Shown in pieces: positions 62,661 to 64,000 of a stretch of DNA of 64,000 nt. Each line of letters begins with the position of its first letter. The first letter of the stretch is position 1. Made by a program: the position numbers and the translations under genes. Source of the DNA: Mobula hypostoma (lineage: Eukaryota); NCBI RefSeq assembly GCF_963921235.1, contig NC_086097.1, positions 236,284,001-236,348,000 of the forward strand. Reading direction: 5' to 3'. The notes beneath the pieces were generated by a model, which saw only the letters and a program-made list of their open reading frames with translations, was not told where the DNA came from and did no database searches.

Positions 62661-63334
62661 CCCTGTATCAGAACTTCTATATCTGTTAATGCATCAGTAA
62701 TCACATTGAAGTGAAATATTCGTGCATTTCTTCTCACTGAATGAATTATTATGATGTGTTGTGACAAAAATGCTGGTTTATTGTAATATGATTTTGATCT
62801 AATCAATATGTTAAAAGATGTTCTATAAAGCAATTAGCAATGATGGCCTGACAGACTGATCAACTGCAGTTTGTCCCATTAAAATCATCTCTAATTGCTC
62901 TACTACTTTTGAAAACAGAAAATATATGTCTTCAGTAGCTCTTTGCATCATTCAGTTACAGTTCAAAAAACAATTCCATTCAGTTAAACCACGACACAGA
63001 TAGTTGTCTAGAAAAATCATTCACATTCATTCTACTATTGGGGATTCCCAGTGACTTTGAACAGAAGAGTATATTCTCTGCTTTAACTCTATTGACACCA
63101 CTCACAATCCCAGTGCAAAGCCAATGTCCTTTCATAGTCATGATCAACCAACTTCCTGTTACAGGACAAATACCTCCTGGCACATGACAGATTATCACAG
63201 GAATTACCTGCTAAACCTACTGTGAAATTAGTAACGGCAGCAATGTTTTTTTTAAAACAATACGCTGTAAATTGTACATATCATCAATTAATGGCATTCA
63301 AGTATAATATTCATGCATTCCTTCTCACATATGA

Positions 63335-64000
63335 TTTGGCAGGAGAATGCCTGTAGTTGAGTAACTAGTGCAAGGAGCAGGGGTTCAGATTTATGGATCC
63401 TTGGGGTCTCTTCTGGGAAAGGTATGACCTGTACAAAAGGGACGGGTTACACCTGAGCCTGAGGGGGTCCAATATCCTTTCAGGCAGGTTGGCTAGAGTT
63501 GTTCAGGTGGGTTGAAATTAATTTGGCAGGGGGATGGAACTGGAGCTGTAGTGCTGAAAGTGAGGTAGTTGGTTTACATACAGAGGCAATGTGTAGTGAA
63601 ACTCCTAGCAAGGAGTGGGTGATGATAAGGCAAAATTGCAGCCAACAAAATGAGTTGCAACATAAGAGATGAACAAAATCAAAAAGGGTGAATACAAGAC
63701 TGAAGGTGTTATATTTAAATACACACAGTATATGGGAGCTGAACTTGTAATACAGTTACAGATGGGCATGTATGATGTTGTAGGCATCAGCGAATCATGA
63801 CTGAAAGAAGATTATAGTTGGGAGCTTAATGTCCAAGGATACGCATTGTATCAAATGGAAAGGCAGGAAGGCTGAGGGAGCGGCATTGCTCTGTTGGTAA
63901 AAATTGAAATCAAGTCATTAGAAAGCAGTAACATAGGGTTAAAAGGTGTTGAATCATTGTGGAGAGGGCTAAGGAACTGCAAGGGTAAAATGCACTGAAG
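63335..64000 (+). mobile_element. CR1 ORF1 end, linker and endonuclease start (runs off the window)
   Basis: YKRDGLHL esterase DxxH motif; LKVLYLN, DVVGISES, GVESLW..LRNCKG. Confidence 0.88.

Noticed and set aside
1..64000. CRISPR array or tandem satellite
   Set aside because: No regularly spaced direct repeats; all recurrences are dispersed TE copies or microsatellite tails

Overview
Eukaryotic, repeat-saturated non-coding DNA, most likely an intron or gene desert of a cartilaginous fish. The repeat repertoire points to an elasmobranch, probably a ray; this is inference, not a database result. I found no supportable host exon, rRNA, tRNA gene or CRISPR array. Nearly all long ORFs are retroelement ORFs or their antisense shadows. 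Content: many CR1 LINEs (one nearly full ORF2 copy and two young 5'-truncated RT copies), Rex1/Babar fragments, RTE fragments and RTE-derived short elements, L1-type 3' ends, Penelope-like elements (PLEs), tRNA-headed V-SINE/HE1-like SINEs, solo LTRs, one TIR/TSD-complete hAT-Charlie element and one Tc1-like element. They are deeply nested, and many target-site duplications (TSDs) are still readable. The most notable non-protein signal is a minimal type I hammerhead ribozyme motif (consensus CAGTC-CTGANGA-AGG-N7-CCY-GAAAC-GTC-GACTG) in the PLE terminal repeat. It occurs about 9 times, often inside short fold-back insertions, two of which have their own TSDs. Also notable: a twin-primed L1 insertion, a 78-bp-arm hairpin in apparently unique DNA, and several TE-free AT-rich islands that could be conserved enhancers. 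Boundaries are read by eye and are approximate unless a TSD or TIR is quoted.
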